Assembly: GCA_017563185.1 (NCBI GenBank)
Contig: JAFXIL010000195.1
Location: 16,159 to 80,158 of the forward strand
DNA: 64,000 nucleotides
DNA from: Kiritimatiellia bacterium
GTDB taxonomy: Bacteria > Verrucomicrobiota > Kiritimatiellia > RFP12 > UBA1067
Reading direction: 5' to 3'
In this document: positions 25,644 to 35,684 of the stretch, piece by piece
How positions within the stretch are numbered: position 1 is the first letter of the stretch
Layout of the letters: each line of letters opens with the position of its first letter
Notes under the pieces: model-generated
Told to the model about the DNA's origin: nothing
Database searches by the model: none
Seen by the model: the letters and a program-made list of their open reading frames with translations, nothing else
Translations under genes and position numbers: made by a program

Positions 25644-28238
25644 ATGAAAAAGCCAGAAGAAATCAAGATCGTCGGATTGACGGGGAAGGTCGTGTTCGCG
25701 CTGTGTGCCGCAATGGCGGCCTTCGGCGCGCATGAGGCGCGGGGAGCGGCGATACAGCCCATGTTCGCCGCCGCAACGGCGCTTCAGTCTTCTGACGGCA
25801 CGAATCCGATCGTCAAGGACCGTTTCTCGCCCGATCCCGCCCCGGTGGTGGACGGTGATACGCTCTATGTATTCACAGGGCACGACGAACCCGACGCGCG
25901 CGGGTACAAGATGAAGGACTGGCAGGTGTTCTCGACGAAGGATATGGTCCACTGGCACAGCCACGGCGCGGTGATGGACACCTCCACGTTCAAGTGGGCG
26001 CGCCAGGGCGACCGCGCCTGGGCCTCGCAGGCGATCAAGCGCAACGGCAAATGGCATTGGTATGTCGCGGTGCAGCACGGAAAGGGCGGCGACGCGATCG
26101 GCGTGGCCACTGCCGACTCGGTGGATGGCCCATGGACCGATCCCGTGGGCGACGCTCTTCTGCGCGCCCCCGCCGGCTACATCGACCCGTCCGTATTCAT
26201 AGACGACGACGGCAAGGCCTGGCTCTTCTGGGGCAACTGCGGCGGAAACCCCGGCTGCTGGTACGTAGAGCTCAAGGAGAACATGCACGAGCTCGCCGGC
26301 GAGGTGAAGCCGGTGGCGGGCCTCATGGACGAAGCCGCGTTCGGCGCGCCGCTGTGGAAGAAGTGGGGCGCAGGCCACCGCCGCAACGGAGAGAAGAACA
26401 CCAACTTCGAGGAGGCGCCCTGGATATACAAGCTCGGCACCACCTACTACCTCGAATACGCCGCCGGCGGATGCCCGGAATTCTGGGCATACTCCACGGC
26501 GAAGTCGATACACGGCCCTTGGACCTACCGCGGCGCCGTCACGGACTGCGCGGAGAACACGGGCACCATCCACAGCGGCAGCGTCTTCTTCAAGGGCTCG
26601 TGGTATCTCGTCTACCACAACGCGAACCTGCCCAACGGCGCCGACTGCCGGCGCAGCTTCTGCATCGAAAAGTACACGCGCAATCCCGACGGCTCTATCC
26701 CGTTTGTCCACCAGACGAAGAGCGGCGTCTCCCGCGCGGGGGCGACATCGCTTGCGCCAACGCTCTGGGCTGATGTGCCCGACATCGCGATGTGCCGCAA
26801 GGGCAAGAAGTTCTACATGGTTTCCACGTCCATGCACTTCAACCCCGGCATCCCCGTGATGGTTTCGACGAACCTCGTGGACTGGAAGACGGCCTCGTAC
26901 TGCTACGAGACGATAGAGAACCGTCCTAAGGACCGTCTCGACGACGGACGCAACGACTATTCGGGCGGCACATGGGCAAGCTCCATCCGCTACGACGCGC
27001 AGGGCGACATGTTCTACGTCACGAGCTTCAACAACCAGATCGACTCGACGTATCTCTTCTGGACGCGCGACCCAGAGAAGGAGCCGTGGTCGTTCTCTCG
27101 CCTTTCGCCGAAGCAGTACGACGAATCTCTCTGGATAGAGGACGGCCGGTTCTGGATATACGCCACCGTGCCGGGGCGCCCGTACAAGGTGCGTCTCACC
27201 GAGCTGAAAGACGACCTCTCGGGCTTCAAGGACCGCGGCGAGATCGTGCTCGACAACGTGACCGACTGCTGCGGGGGCGGCGGGCTCGGCGAGGGCACGC
27301 AGGTGTTCAAGCGCAACGGATGGTACTATCTCGTCAACATCGCATGGCCGCGCGGAAATTGCCGCACGGTGGTGGTGCATCGCGGTAAGTCTCGGAGGGG
27401 ACCGTGGGAAGGAAAGGTCGTATTGCAGCGAGAAGGCATCGCCCAGGGGTCGTTCATAGACGACGCAGACGGCAACTGGTACGGCTATTTCTTCGGCGAC
27501 CGCGGCGCGGTGGGGCGCTGCCCGTACATCCTGCCAATCACGTGGGAGGACGACTGGCCGGTGGTGGGGCGGACGAATCTAGTTTCCTCCGCCTCGCCGC
27601 GGATGCCGGGCGTCGTGGCGTCCGACGAATTCAACTCCGGCAAGCTCGACATCGCCTGGCAGTGGAACCACAATCCCGTGGAGAGCCTCTGGTCGCTCAC
27701 GGCAAGGCCAGGATGGATGCGGCTCTCCACGGACCGTCTCGACAGCGACCTCCTCAGCGCGCGCAATACGCTTACGCAGCGCTGCTGGGGACCCGCCTGC
27801 CGCGCCGTCACGAAGCTCGACGTCTCTGGCATGAAGCCGGGCGACTGGGCTGGAATAGCCTTCTTCCAGAAGGAATACGGCTTCATCGGCGTGCGAAAGA
27901 CGTCCGACGGCCGCGTGTTCGTGGAAGTGACTGGCCCCGCCGTCAAGCGCGGCCAGGGCGCTGTGGCGGAGCTCAGGAGCGGAGCGAAGGAGGTCTACCT
28001 CAAGGCGATTGGCGATTTCGCGCGCCCGGCGCGCGAGTTCTTCAACGGCAATCCCGAGGGCGACGACCTTGGCCGCTTCGCGTTCAGCGAGGACGGCGTT
28101 GCATGGTTCCCGCTTGGCCGGTCCTTCAAGATGCGCTATACGATACCGCATTTCACGGGCTACCGCTTCGCGCTCTTCTACTTCTCCACCGAGGAGGCGG
28201 GCGGGCACGTTGATTTCGATTTCCTCAGGCTGGACTGA
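25644..28238 (+). CDS. secreted multi-domain GH43-family glycoside hydrolase (two beta-propeller-like modules plus C-terminal beta-sandwich)
   Basis: It has a signal peptide (MKKPEEIKIVGLTGKVVFALCAAMAAFGA). The first module has GH43 motifs (DPAPVVDGDTLYVFTGHDE…DPSVFIDDDGKAWLFWG…EAPWIYK). A second propeller-like module spans about aa 380-650, and the C-terminal ~220 aa is concanavalin-like. An ATG at 25617 is an alternative start. Confidence 0.8.
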   Translation: MKKPEEIKIVGLTGKVVFALCAAMAAFGAHEARGAAIQPMFAAATALQSSDGTNPIVKDRFSPDPAPVVDGDTLYVFTGHDEPDARGYKMKDWQVFSTKDMVHWHSHGAVMDTSTFKWARQGDRAWASQAIKRNGKWHWYVAVQHGKGGDAIGVATADSVDGPWTDPVGDALLRAPAGYIDPSVFIDDDGKAWLFWGNCGGNPGCWYVELKENMHELAGEVKPVAGLMDEAAFGAPLWKKWGAGHRRNGEKNTNFEEAPWIYKLGTTYYLEYAAGGCPEFWAYSTAKSIHGPWTYRGAVTDCAENTGTIHSGSVFFKGSWYLVYHNANLPNGADCRRSFCIEKYTRNPDGSIPFVHQTKSGVSRAGATSLAPTLWADVPDIAMCRKGKKFYMVSTSMHFNPGIPVMVSTNLVDWKTASYCYETIENRPKDRLDDGRNDYSGGTWASSIRYDAQGDMFYVTSFNNQIDSTYLFWTRDPEKEPWSFSRLSPKQYDESLWIEDGRFWIYATVPGRPYKVRLTELKDDLSGFKDRGEIVLDNVTDCCGGGGLGEGTQVFKRNGWYYLVNIAWPRGNCRTVVVHRGKSRRGPWEGKVVLQREGIAQGSFIDDADGNWYGYFFGDRGAVGRCPYILPITWEDDWPVVGRTNLVSSASPRMPGVVASDEFNSGKLDIAWQWNHNPVESLWSLTARPGWMRLSTDRLDSDLLSARNTLTQRCWGPACRAVTKLDVSGMKPGDWAGIAFFQKEYGFIGVRKTSDGRVFVEVTGPAVKRGQGAVAELRSGAKEVYLKAIGDFARPAREFFNGNPEGDDLGRFAFSEDGVAWFPLGRSFKMRYTIPHFTGYRFALFYFSTEEAGGHVDFDFLRLD

Positions 28239-28253
28239 GATGAAAGAGAAAAG

Positions 28254-28440
28254 ATGAATAGAGCTGTAGTTGCCTGCTGCGCATTCGCGGCGTGCACGGT
28301 CTTCGCCGATGTCGAGATGATCAACATCGCCCATCGCGGCATGTGGGATAAAGCAGTGCCGCAGAACACAGTGGAGGCCATCAGGCGCGCGTACGAGTCA
28401 GGCGCCACATGGGTGGAGACCGATTTCCACAGCAGCACCT
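28254..28440 (+). pseudogene. N-terminal fragment of a glycerophosphodiester phosphodiesterase (GDPD) gene; rest of domain missing/degenerate
   Basis: The first ~62 codons (signal peptide plus INIAHRGMWDKAVPQNTVEAIRRAYESGATWVETDFH) match the GDPD N-terminus well. After that, no reading frame continues the domain; the ORF-track tail is a Cys/Arg-rich artefact. About 200 bp of non-coding-looking sequence follows. Confidence 0.45.
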
Positions 28441-28648
28441 GTGCCCCGTGCGCTTCCGCAACGTGTGGGTGCGTGTGCGGCAACGGCGCACGAGGTGATG
28501 CCCCACGCGGTCGAGTCCGTTCGAAATCGAGCGCATTATGGTGTTGTGGTAGTTCTGCGCGGTGGGGCCGACGTTGTCGAACTCGTTGCCGTACTTGCCG
28601 AGTGTGATGCCGCTGCATTCGGTGCCGGACTTATTTCAGTCGGATGTT

Positions 28649-29482
28649 TTATCGGTCTGCAAGCGTGGCCATGCGCGCGGAGCGGCCCGCGGCGAGGAGT
28701 TCGCGAAGGGCGGTGCCGTCTTCCGCAGCTATCGCGCGGCGGTATTCGCCAAGGCGGGCGATTAGGCCGTCGAGCGCGTCGAGAAGGGCGGAGCTGTTCT
28801 CTAGGAAGAGGTCGCGCCAGATGTCGGGATCGAGCCGGGCCACTCGCGTCATGTCGTGGAAGCTGCCGGCCGAATATCCGCGGTGCTCGAGGGCGAGGGG
28901 ATCCTGGACGTATGCGGACGACACCACGTGCGCGAGCTGCGAGGTGAGGGCGATCATCCGGTCGTGGTGTTCTGGTGTGGTGACGACCACGCGTCCGAAT
29001 CCAAGCGACTTGAAGAACGTCTCCAGCATGTCGAGCGGGCCGCGTCCGCACGAAGGATACGGCGTGAGTATCATCGATGCGCCATTGAATAGATCGGCGC
29101 TTGCGTTGGCGAAGCCGCTCACCTCCTTGCCGGCCATCGGGTGCCCGCCAACAAATGTCCATCTGCTCTGGAAGGCGAACCTCTCGAGCGCCTTGCAGAC
29201 GGCGCTCTTTACGCCTGTTGCGTCCACCACCACGGCTCCCTGCTTGAAAGTGGCTTCGTGTGCGCATATCCACGGCGCGACGGCGGCGGGCGGCAGCGCC
29301 ACGATCACGACGTCGCACGCGCCGATGTCGTCTTCCAGCACGGCCTGCGCCACGCCTTCTGAAACGGCCGTCTCCGCAGTCGCCCTCGTGCGGTTCCACA
29401 CCTGCACGGCATGGCCGGCCTGCGCGGCTGCCTTGGCGAACGATCCGCCGATCAGCCCCAGCCCTATGATGCCGATATTCAT
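28649..29482 (-). CDS. tyrA: prephenate dehydrogenase
   Basis: The N-terminus MNIGIIGLGLIGGSFAKAA is a Rossmann motif, and HPMAGKE marks the catalytic His region. It is 277 aa. The ORF-track start at 29491 is TTG; the ATG at 29482 is preferred. Confidence 0.8.
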   Translation of the reverse strand: MNIGIIGLGLIGGSFAKAAAQAGHAVQVWNRTRATAETAVSEGVAQAVLEDDIGACDVVIVALPPAAVAPWICAHEATFKQGAVVVDATGVKSAVCKALERFAFQSRWTFVGGHPMAGKEVSGFANASADLFNGASMILTPYPSCGRGPLDMLETFFKSLGFGRVVVTTPEHHDRMIALTSQLAHVVSSAYVQDPLALEHRGYSAGSFHDMTRVARLDPDIWRDLFLENSSALLDALDGLIARLGEYRRAIAAEDGTALRELLAAGRSARMATLADR

Positions 29483-29501
29483 GTGAAGCAATCCTTTTCG
29501 C

Positions 29502-30755
29502 TCACATTGCGGCGGCGAGGGCCGCCGCGAACGCCGAGCAGGAGACTTCGGTGGCGTTCTCCATCAGGCGGGCGAGGTCGTAGGTGACCGTCTTGGCGGA
29601 TATGACGGAGTCCATTGCGGCGATTATGCGGTCGGCGGCCTCCGTCCAGCCCATGTACCTCAGCATCATCTCGCCGGAGAGAATGAGCGAGCCGGGGTTG
29701 ACCTTGTCGAGGTTGGCGTTCTTGGGGGCCGTGCCGTGTGTGGCCTCGTACACCGCGGCGCCTGTATGGTAGTTGATGTTGGCGCCGGGAGCGATGCCGA
29801 TGCCACCCACCGTTGCGGCAAGCGCGTCGGAGACGTAGTCGCCGTTCAGGTTGAGCGTGGCGATCACGTCGTACTCGGCGGGACGCGTGAGGATCTGCTG
29901 CAGAAACGCGTCGCAGATGCAGTCCTTGACAACGATCTCGCGGCCCGTCTTCGGGTTCTTGAACGAGCACCAGGGGCCGTCGCCGATTGGCGCTGCGCCG
30001 TAGTCGCGCTTCGCGAGGGCGTAGCCCCAGTCGCGGAAGGCGCCTTCTGTGAACTTCTGGATGTTGCCCTTGTGGACGAGCGTCACAGACTTGCGGTCGT
30101 TCGCGACCGCATAGTCGATGGCGGCCTTCACGAGGCGCTCAGTGCCTTTCTGCGAGACGGGCTTTACGCCGATGGAGGACGTCTCGGGGAAGCGGATCTT
30201 CTTCACGCCCATCTCGTCGATCAGGAAACGCTTGATCTTGTCCGCCTCGGGCGTGCCGTTCATCCACTCGATGCCGGCGTAGATGTCTTCTGTGTTCTCG
30301 CGGAAGATCACCATGTCGGTGAGCTCGGGATGCTTCACGGGCGAGGGAACGCCCTTGAACCAGCGCACGGGGCGCAGGCACACGTAGAGGTCGAGCTGCT
30401 GGCGCATGGCCACGTTGATCGAGCGGATGCCGCCGCCTATCGGGGTGGTGAGCGGGCCCTTGATCGAGACCAGATACTCGCGGCACGCGTCAAGCGTATC
30501 CTGCGGCGGCCAGGTGTTCGGGCCATAGACTGCATTCGCCTTCTCGCCGGCGTACACCTCCATCCAAGATATGCGGCGGCTCTCGCCGTATGCGGCCTTC
30601 ACGGCGGCGTCCACCGCCGTGCGCATGGCGCGCGTGATGTCCGGGCCGATTCCGTCGCCTTCGATGAAGGGGATGATCGGGTTTGCAGGCACGGCGAGAC
30701 GGCCGTTATGCATGGTGATCTTCTCGCCTTGAGGCACGTTGATTTTGCTGGTCAT
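29502..30755 (-). CDS. icd: NADP-dependent isocitrate dehydrogenase
   Basis: The sequence [40 protein letters not shown] is the near-canonical prokaryotic Icd N-terminus. It is 417 aa. Confidence 0.9.
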   Translation of the reverse strand: MTSKINVPQGEKITMHNGRLAVPANPIIPFIEGDGIGPDITRAMRTAVDAAVKAAYGESRRISWMEVYAGEKANAVYGPNTWPPQDTLDACREYLVSIKGPLTTPIGGGIRSINVAMRQQLDLYVCLRPVRWFKGVPSPVKHPELTDMVIFRENTEDIYAGIEWMNGTPEADKIKRFLIDEMGVKKIRFPETSSIGVKPVSQKGTERLVKAAIDYAVANDRKSVTLVHKGNIQKFTEGAFRDWGYALAKRDYGAAPIGDGPWCSFKNPKTGREIVVKDCICDAFLQQILTRPAEYDVIATLNLNGDYVSDALAATVGGIGIAPGANINYHTGAAVYEATHGTAPKNANLDKVNPGSLILSGEMMLRYMGWTEAADRIIAAMDSVISAKTVTYDLARLMENATEVSCSAFAAALAAAM

Positions 30756-30801
30756 TGCGTTGTCCTGATTTGTCTTTGAGAGTGTTGGCAGCGCCGCGGC
30801 G

Positions 30802-31653
30802 CTACTGGATGAACTTGAGAATCGCGGGGGTGACGTCCTCAAGCGACTTGACGGACGCGCGCAGCTCGGCCTCGCGTGGGCCGAAGGCGATGAAGGGGAC
30901 GGGGTTGCGCGTGTGGCCGCGTTCGTTCACGGCCTCGATGTTGCCATGGTCGGAAGTTATGACGAGCGTGATGCCGGCCGCCTCGGTGAATCGCACGAGC
31001 GAGGCGAGGAAACGGTCGTAGAGGCGCAGCACGCCGCAGGCGCGCGGGTAGTCGGAGGAATGCCCGGCGACGTCGGTCTGGAAGAACTCGAAGAGCGTGA
31101 AGTCGCACGTGCGGGCGATGCCGAAGAGGTGGGCGGCGGCATCCTCGGGGGAGATGGGGGGAATGTCGGGATAGCGGTCCTGGATGGTCTCGCGGGTGAG
31201 GTCCTGGAGAAGGGCCTGGTCGTCGCAGAGGTCGTCGAGGGTTGATATGACCTCTGGGGTGGTGAGGGCCATTACGGTGGTCACGCTCTTGAATCGGCGG
31301 GCGGCAAGTTCGTCGGGCGAGTCGATCAGAAAGGCGTCAGCAAACCGCACGCGCAGGCCACGCGCCTTGAGGGAGAGGAAGAGATTGCTCTCCTCGATCT
31401 TGCGGCGCAGTGCGGGGCCGGGAAAGCCTTCGCAGTGGCGGCCCATGAGAAGGGGGGCGTTGAGGCCGGTGAACATGGTGGCCTGCCCGGTGGCGGACTG
31501 CGGAAGGCCGTCCACCGAAAGGCATGCGTCGATGGGCGTCGAGTGCCGTTCGATGAGGCGGCAGAGGGCGGGGCACACTTCGGGATTGACGGGGTTGTCT
31601 GCAGCCGGCGGACGAAGCCCCACGCCGTCTATGAAGAGAAAGAGTATCTTCAC
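30802..31653 (-). CDS. metalloenzyme-superfamily protein (cofactor-independent phosphoglycerate mutase / phosphopentomutase-like)
   Basis: [12 protein letters not shown] is the N-terminal metal-binding Asp region, and ITSDHGN is the alkaline-phosphatase-core motif. It is 283 aa. Its start overlaps the stop of the upstream gene (ATGA). Confidence 0.55.
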   Translation of the reverse strand: MKILFLFIDGVGLRPPAADNPVNPEVCPALCRLIERHSTPIDACLSVDGLPQSATGQATMFTGLNAPLLMGRHCEGFPGPALRRKIEESNLFLSLKARGLRVRFADAFLIDSPDELAARRFKSVTTVMALTTPEVISTLDDLCDDQALLQDLTRETIQDRYPDIPPISPEDAAAHLFGIARTCDFTLFEFFQTDVAGHSSDYPRACGVLRLYDRFLASLVRFTEAAGITLVITSDHGNIEAVNERGHTRNPVPFIAFGPREAELRASVKSLEDVTPAILKFIQ

Positions 31654-33062
31654 TTTGACGCTGGCTTTTCCGCAGGCTTCGTTTCCGCTGGCTTTGTCTC
31701 CACTGGCTTGGCTTCTGCAGATTTTGCTTCCGCAGGCTGCGCTTCTGCGGGCTTCGCGGCGGCGGGTTTCTTCTCGGCGGGCTTTTTCGCGGGGAGCTCA
31801 ACGGGGAAGCCGTTGTCCTTCATCTCCTTCGCGAGGGTCTTTAGGGAGGGTTCGTCTTCGGCGGCCTTTTCGAGGGCCGTCTTGAAGAAGTCGGCTGCGA
31901 GGGCGCGGTATTCGGCGGCCTTGGCGGAATCGTTGGAATTCTTGGAGAATTCGGCGCAGCGGAGGTAGTTGCGGGCGATCACCCATTCGCGTGAGTAGAG
32001 GATGCCGGTGGAGGGGTCGCAGTCCTCGAAGTCCTTCTGCTCGTCGGAGCGCATGAAATCGATGAAGGCGAGCATCTGCTTCGTGGCCTCGGGCCAGTTC
32101 TTGGCCTCCATGGCCTTGTGTCCGCGCAGCTTGGCGGCGGTGGCCTTGCACCATGCGGGCGAGCGGTTGGGGAGGCCGCCTTTCTCGAGAAGCGCAATTG
32201 CGCTGTCGAAGTCGTTCACGAGGAAGAAGCCGTCGAGGCGGCGCTCGGCGAGGAGCTCGGCGCCGCCCTTTGAAAGTCGGCCCGACTTGACGAGTGCCTC
32301 GGTGTAGGCGAGCATTTCGCCGATGGCCTTCACGTTCGGAGGGTTCTGCGGCGTTCCGTCGCCGCCGAAGCGGATGATCTGCTCCTCGCAGATGGAGGCC
32401 ACGAAGTCGGACGATGTGAAGAAGGGCGACGCCTCGAGCTTGCGGAGGTTCGCGACGATCGCATCGGACGGCATCTCGCGGAATGCGCCGGAGAACGCCG
32501 AACGCACCATGCGCGAGGCGGTGCCAGAGCGGCCTACCTTCACGAGCCGTGCGCATGCGCCGTCGAGGTCTTTGGCCTGGACGAGCTGCACCACGCCGCT
32601 CGCGCGGAGCTGGTCGATGCTCTCCGTGAGAAGCCGCTGTGCGCGGAGAGGCGGAGTGTTCGTCGCGGGTGGCGGGAACGTCTTCACGAAGGAGTCTGCG
32701 AACATAAGCAGCTTGTCCGCCGCGGGGGTGAGCGCCTCCTTGGCGTCACGCGCGCGGTCGAGTGCGCGCGAGGCGTGGCCGGCGATGGCCTCCTGCGTGA
32801 TCAGCGTCTCGTGCCGCAGCTCAAGCCAGGGGAAGTTCGGCTTGCCGTAGATGCGCCACACCTTCTTCGTCGAGAGCTCCTTGAGCAGCTCAGTCTTCGC
32901 CTCGGTGGACGCCGCCTTCGCGAAACGCTGCTCCACCTGCTGGACCGTCGCGGAGCGCTTGGCCTCGGTGTAGCGAAGTTGCCGGCATCCGAATCCGATG
33001 GCCGCCACCACGACGACTGCCAGCGCCGATATTACTGCGATTTTCACTGAAGACTTGCTCAT
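31650..33062 (-). CDS. hypothetical membrane-anchored protein with C-terminal (KPAE)n low-complexity tail
   Basis: It has a signal anchor (MSKSSVKIAVISALAVVVVAAIGF). The C-terminus is [47 protein letters not shown] recognise no domain. It is the first gene of the hyp-metalloenzyme-icd-tyrA string. Confidence 0.5.
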   Translation of the reverse strand: MSKSSVKIAVISALAVVVVAAIGFGCRQLRYTEAKRSATVQQVEQRFAKAASTEAKTELLKELSTKKVWRIYGKPNFPWLELRHETLITQEAIAGHASRALDRARDAKEALTPAADKLLMFADSFVKTFPPPATNTPPLRAQRLLTESIDQLRASGVVQLVQAKDLDGACARLVKVGRSGTASRMVRSAFSGAFREMPSDAIVANLRKLEASPFFTSSDFVASICEEQIIRFGGDGTPQNPPNVKAIGEMLAYTEALVKSGRLSKGGAELLAERRLDGFFLVNDFDSAIALLEKGGLPNRSPAWCKATAAKLRGHKAMEAKNWPEATKQMLAFIDFMRSDEQKDFEDCDPSTGILYSREWVIARNYLRCAEFSKNSNDSAKAAEYRALAADFFKTALEKAAEDEPSLKTLAKEMKDNGFPVELPAKKPAEKKPAAAKPAEAQPAEAKSAEAKPVETKPAETKPAEKPASK

Positions 33063-33112
33063 GATTGTTGTGCCCTCAAAGTTTTTTCGCATATTATAAA
33101 ATGATTTTGGAT

Positions 33113-33142
33113 TTGACGCAAGGGGAAAGTGTGCGGTATTAT
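33113..33142 (+). promoter_or_regulatory. putative sigma70-type promoter of hom (-35 TTGACG, 18-nt spacer, -10 TATTAT) in an AT-rich divergent spacer
   Basis: TTGACG at 33113-33118 and TATTAT at 33137-33142. On the opposite strand a TATAAT (reverse complement of 33092-33097) faces the divergent gene. Confidence 0.35.
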
Positions 33143-33175
33143 ATACGCCCACACGGAAAGACGAGGTAGAAAGAG

Positions 33176-34474
33176 ATGAAAGAAATAGGAGTAGGAATAC
33201 TCGGATTCGGCACGGTGGGCGCAGGCGTGGCCGAAGGGCTGCTGCGCAACCGCAGGCTTATGGCTGAGCGCCTTGGCGTGGACATCGCGCTCAGGCGCAT
33301 TGCGGATCTTGACATCACGACGGACCGCGGCGTGGCCGTCGATCCCGATGTGCTCACAACCGACGCCCAGGGCGTGATCGCCGATCCAAACGTCCAGATC
33401 GTCGTCGAGACCATCGGCGGCACCGGCATCGCCCGCACGTTCGTGCTGGCCGCGCTCAATGCCGGCAAGGCCGTTGTCACCGCCAACAAGAAGCTTCTCG
33501 CCGAGCACGGCAAGGAGATATTCGACGCCGCCGCGAAGAACGGCGTGGACATCTACTTCGGCGCGTCGGTCGGAGGCGGCATACCCATCATCCGCTCGCT
33601 CCGCGAAGGCCTCGCGGGCAACGACATCCAGCAGATACACGGCATCCTCAACGGCACGTGCAACTACATCCTCACCCGCATGGAGACGGAGGGACGTCCC
33701 TTCGGCGAGATACTCGCCGACGCCCAGAAGCTCGGCTACGCCGAGGCCGATCCCTCCCTCGACATCGACGGCTTCGACACCGCCCACAAGGCATGCATCC
33801 TCTCGGCGCTCGCGTACGGCTTCCAGCCTTCGCTCGACCAGGTGCAGATGGAGGGCATCCGCAACCTCGACGGGCGCGACGTCAAGTACGCCGCGGACTT
33901 CGGCTGCCGCATCAAGCTGCTCGCCGTGGTGGCCAAGCACGGCGCCGACGTGGAAGTGGGCGTGCACCCCACGCTCGTCCCCTTCGATCACATGCTCGCG
34001 AGCGTGAACGGCGTGTTCAACGCCGCGATGGTGCGCGGCGACATGGTGGGCGACACGATGTTCTACGGGCGCGGCGCGGGCCGCCTGCCCACCGCGTCCA
34101 CGGTGGTGGGCGACATCGGCGACATCGCGCGCAACATGGCGCACGGCGAGACGCGCTACGCGCGCGCCGTGCCCACGTACGGCGAGGGCGTCACGAAGCT
34201 GCGCGCGCCGGGCGACATCTTGAGCCGCTTCTACCTGCGATTCGGCGTGGCCGACCGCGCGGGCGCGTTCGGGCAGATAGCGTCCATACTCGGCCGCCAC
34301 GGCGTCTCGATCTCCGCCGCCGCCCAGAAGGCGGCAGACGTGGACGCCGGCGGGTTCGTGCCAGTCGTCGTGCTCACCCATCCCGCCGCCGCGAAGGCCG
34401 TCGACGCCGCGCTCGAGGAGATATCGAAGAGCGGCGCGACTGGCGGCGCCCACGTGCGCCTGCGCATGCTCTAG
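33176..34474 (+). CDS. hom: homoserine dehydrogenase (with C-terminal ACT domain)
   Basis: The sequence ILGFGTVGAGVAEGL…VVTANKKLLA…IHGILNGTCNYIL… matches Hom. It is 432 aa. Confidence 0.9.
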   Translation: MKEIGVGILGFGTVGAGVAEGLLRNRRLMAERLGVDIALRRIADLDITTDRGVAVDPDVLTTDAQGVIADPNVQIVVETIGGTGIARTFVLAALNAGKAVVTANKKLLAEHGKEIFDAAAKNGVDIYFGASVGGGIPIIRSLREGLAGNDIQQIHGILNGTCNYILTRMETEGRPFGEILADAQKLGYAEADPSLDIDGFDTAHKACILSALAYGFQPSLDQVQMEGIRNLDGRDVKYAADFGCRIKLLAVVAKHGADVEVGVHPTLVPFDHMLASVNGVFNAAMVRGDMVGDTMFYGRGAGRLPTASTVVGDIGDIARNMAHGETRYARAVPTYGEGVTKLRAPGDILSRFYLRFGVADRAGAFGQIASILGRHGVSISAAAQKAADVDAGGFVPVVVLTHPAAAKAVDAALEEISKSGATGGAHVRLRML

Positions 34475-34515
34475 GGCAGATTGCGAAGAGAATGTTCACG
34501 AGAAAGGAAATCAAA

Positions 34516-35682
34516 ATGGCATCCAGGAAGCAGAGAACTCTCATCAAGAACGCGCACGTGATCTCGCCCGACCTCGACCTGAGGCGTGCGAACGTGATGC
34601 TCGAAGGCGCGAAGATCGCGCTCGTCACGCAGGAGGATGTGCCATCCGCGGGCTTCGGAACGGTGGTGGACCTGCGCGGCAAGTACCTCGTGCCGGGCTT
34701 CATCGACGTGCACCTGCACGGCGCAAGCGGCTTCGACGTTTGCGACGCCACCCCAGAGGCCATAGAGAAGATCGCCGAGGCCAAGCTCGCCGAGGGCTGC
34801 ACCAGCTTCCTGCCCACCACGCTCACCGTGGCGAACTCGACGCTGAAGGCCGCCGCGAAGGCCGTTGCCGCATACAAGAAGAACGAGCGCTTCGCCAAGG
34901 TGATAGGCATCCACCTCGAGGGGCCGTTCATCAACCCCGCCTGCTGCGGCGCGCAGAACCCCGCATTCGTGCGCAAGCCTAACATGCGCGAGGTGCTCGC
35001 GATCTCGGCCATCTCGCCCGTCAAGATGGTGAGCTTCGCGCCCGAGATGCCCGGCGGCGCCGAGTTCGCGGAGGCCTGCCTCGCAAACGGCATCGTGCCC
35101 AGCTGCGGCCACACCGGCGCCACCTTCGCCCAGCTCCTGCCTGCGTACGACAAGGGCCTCAGGCACCTCACGCACTTCTGCAACCAGATGACGAAGCTGC
35201 ACCACCGCGAGATAGGCGTGGTGGGCGCGGGCTTCCTGCTCGACGACCTGAACACCGAAGTCATCTGCGACCGCATCCACCTCTGCGACGACATGCTGCG
35301 CCTCGTCTTCTGGAAGCGCGACCTCGCGCACGTGCAGATGATCACCGACTCCCTCCGCTGCTCGCACTGTCCCGACGGCTACGAGTTCGAGATGGGCGGC
35401 CTCAAGGTGGCCCTCAAGAACGGCGAGGCGCGCCTCGTGGAGGGCGGCAACCTCGCGGGCTCCACGCTCTGGCTCAACAAGGGCCTCAAGAACCTCGCCG
35501 AGGTGACGGGGCTTCCGCTCAAGGATCTCGTGCGCGTCACGAGCTGGAACCAGGCGATTGAGCTCGGCCTCGGCAGAAAGCTCGGCAAGGTGGAGAAGGG
35601 CTTCATCGCCGACCTCGCCGTTCTCGACCCGAAGACGTTCGACGTCTGCGCCGTGTTCGTCGAAGGCGAACAGCGCATCTAG
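34516..35682 (+). CDS. nagA: N-acetylglucosamine-6-phosphate deacetylase
   Basis: FIDVHLHGASGFD is the HxH metal site; IHLEGPFIN…SCGHTGA… also fit the amidohydrolase NagA family. RBS agaaagga precedes the ATG at 34516; an alternative ATG is at 34492. Confidence 0.85.
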   Translation: MASRKQRTLIKNAHVISPDLDLRRANVMLEGAKIALVTQEDVPSAGFGTVVDLRGKYLVPGFIDVHLHGASGFDVCDATPEAIEKIAEAKLAEGCTSFLPTTLTVANSTLKAAAKAVAAYKKNERFAKVIGIHLEGPFINPACCGAQNPAFVRKPNMREVLAISAISPVKMVSFAPEMPGGAEFAEACLANGIVPSCGHTGATFAQLLPAYDKGLRHLTHFCNQMTKLHHREIGVVGAGFLLDDLNTEVICDRIHLCDDMLRLVFWKRDLAHVQMITDSLRCSHCPDGYEFEMGGLKVALKNGEARLVEGGNLAGSTLWLNKGLKNLAEVTGLPLKDLVRVTSWNQAIELGLGRKLGKVEKGFIADLAVLDPKTFDVCAVFVEGEQRI

Positions 35683-35684
35683 AG

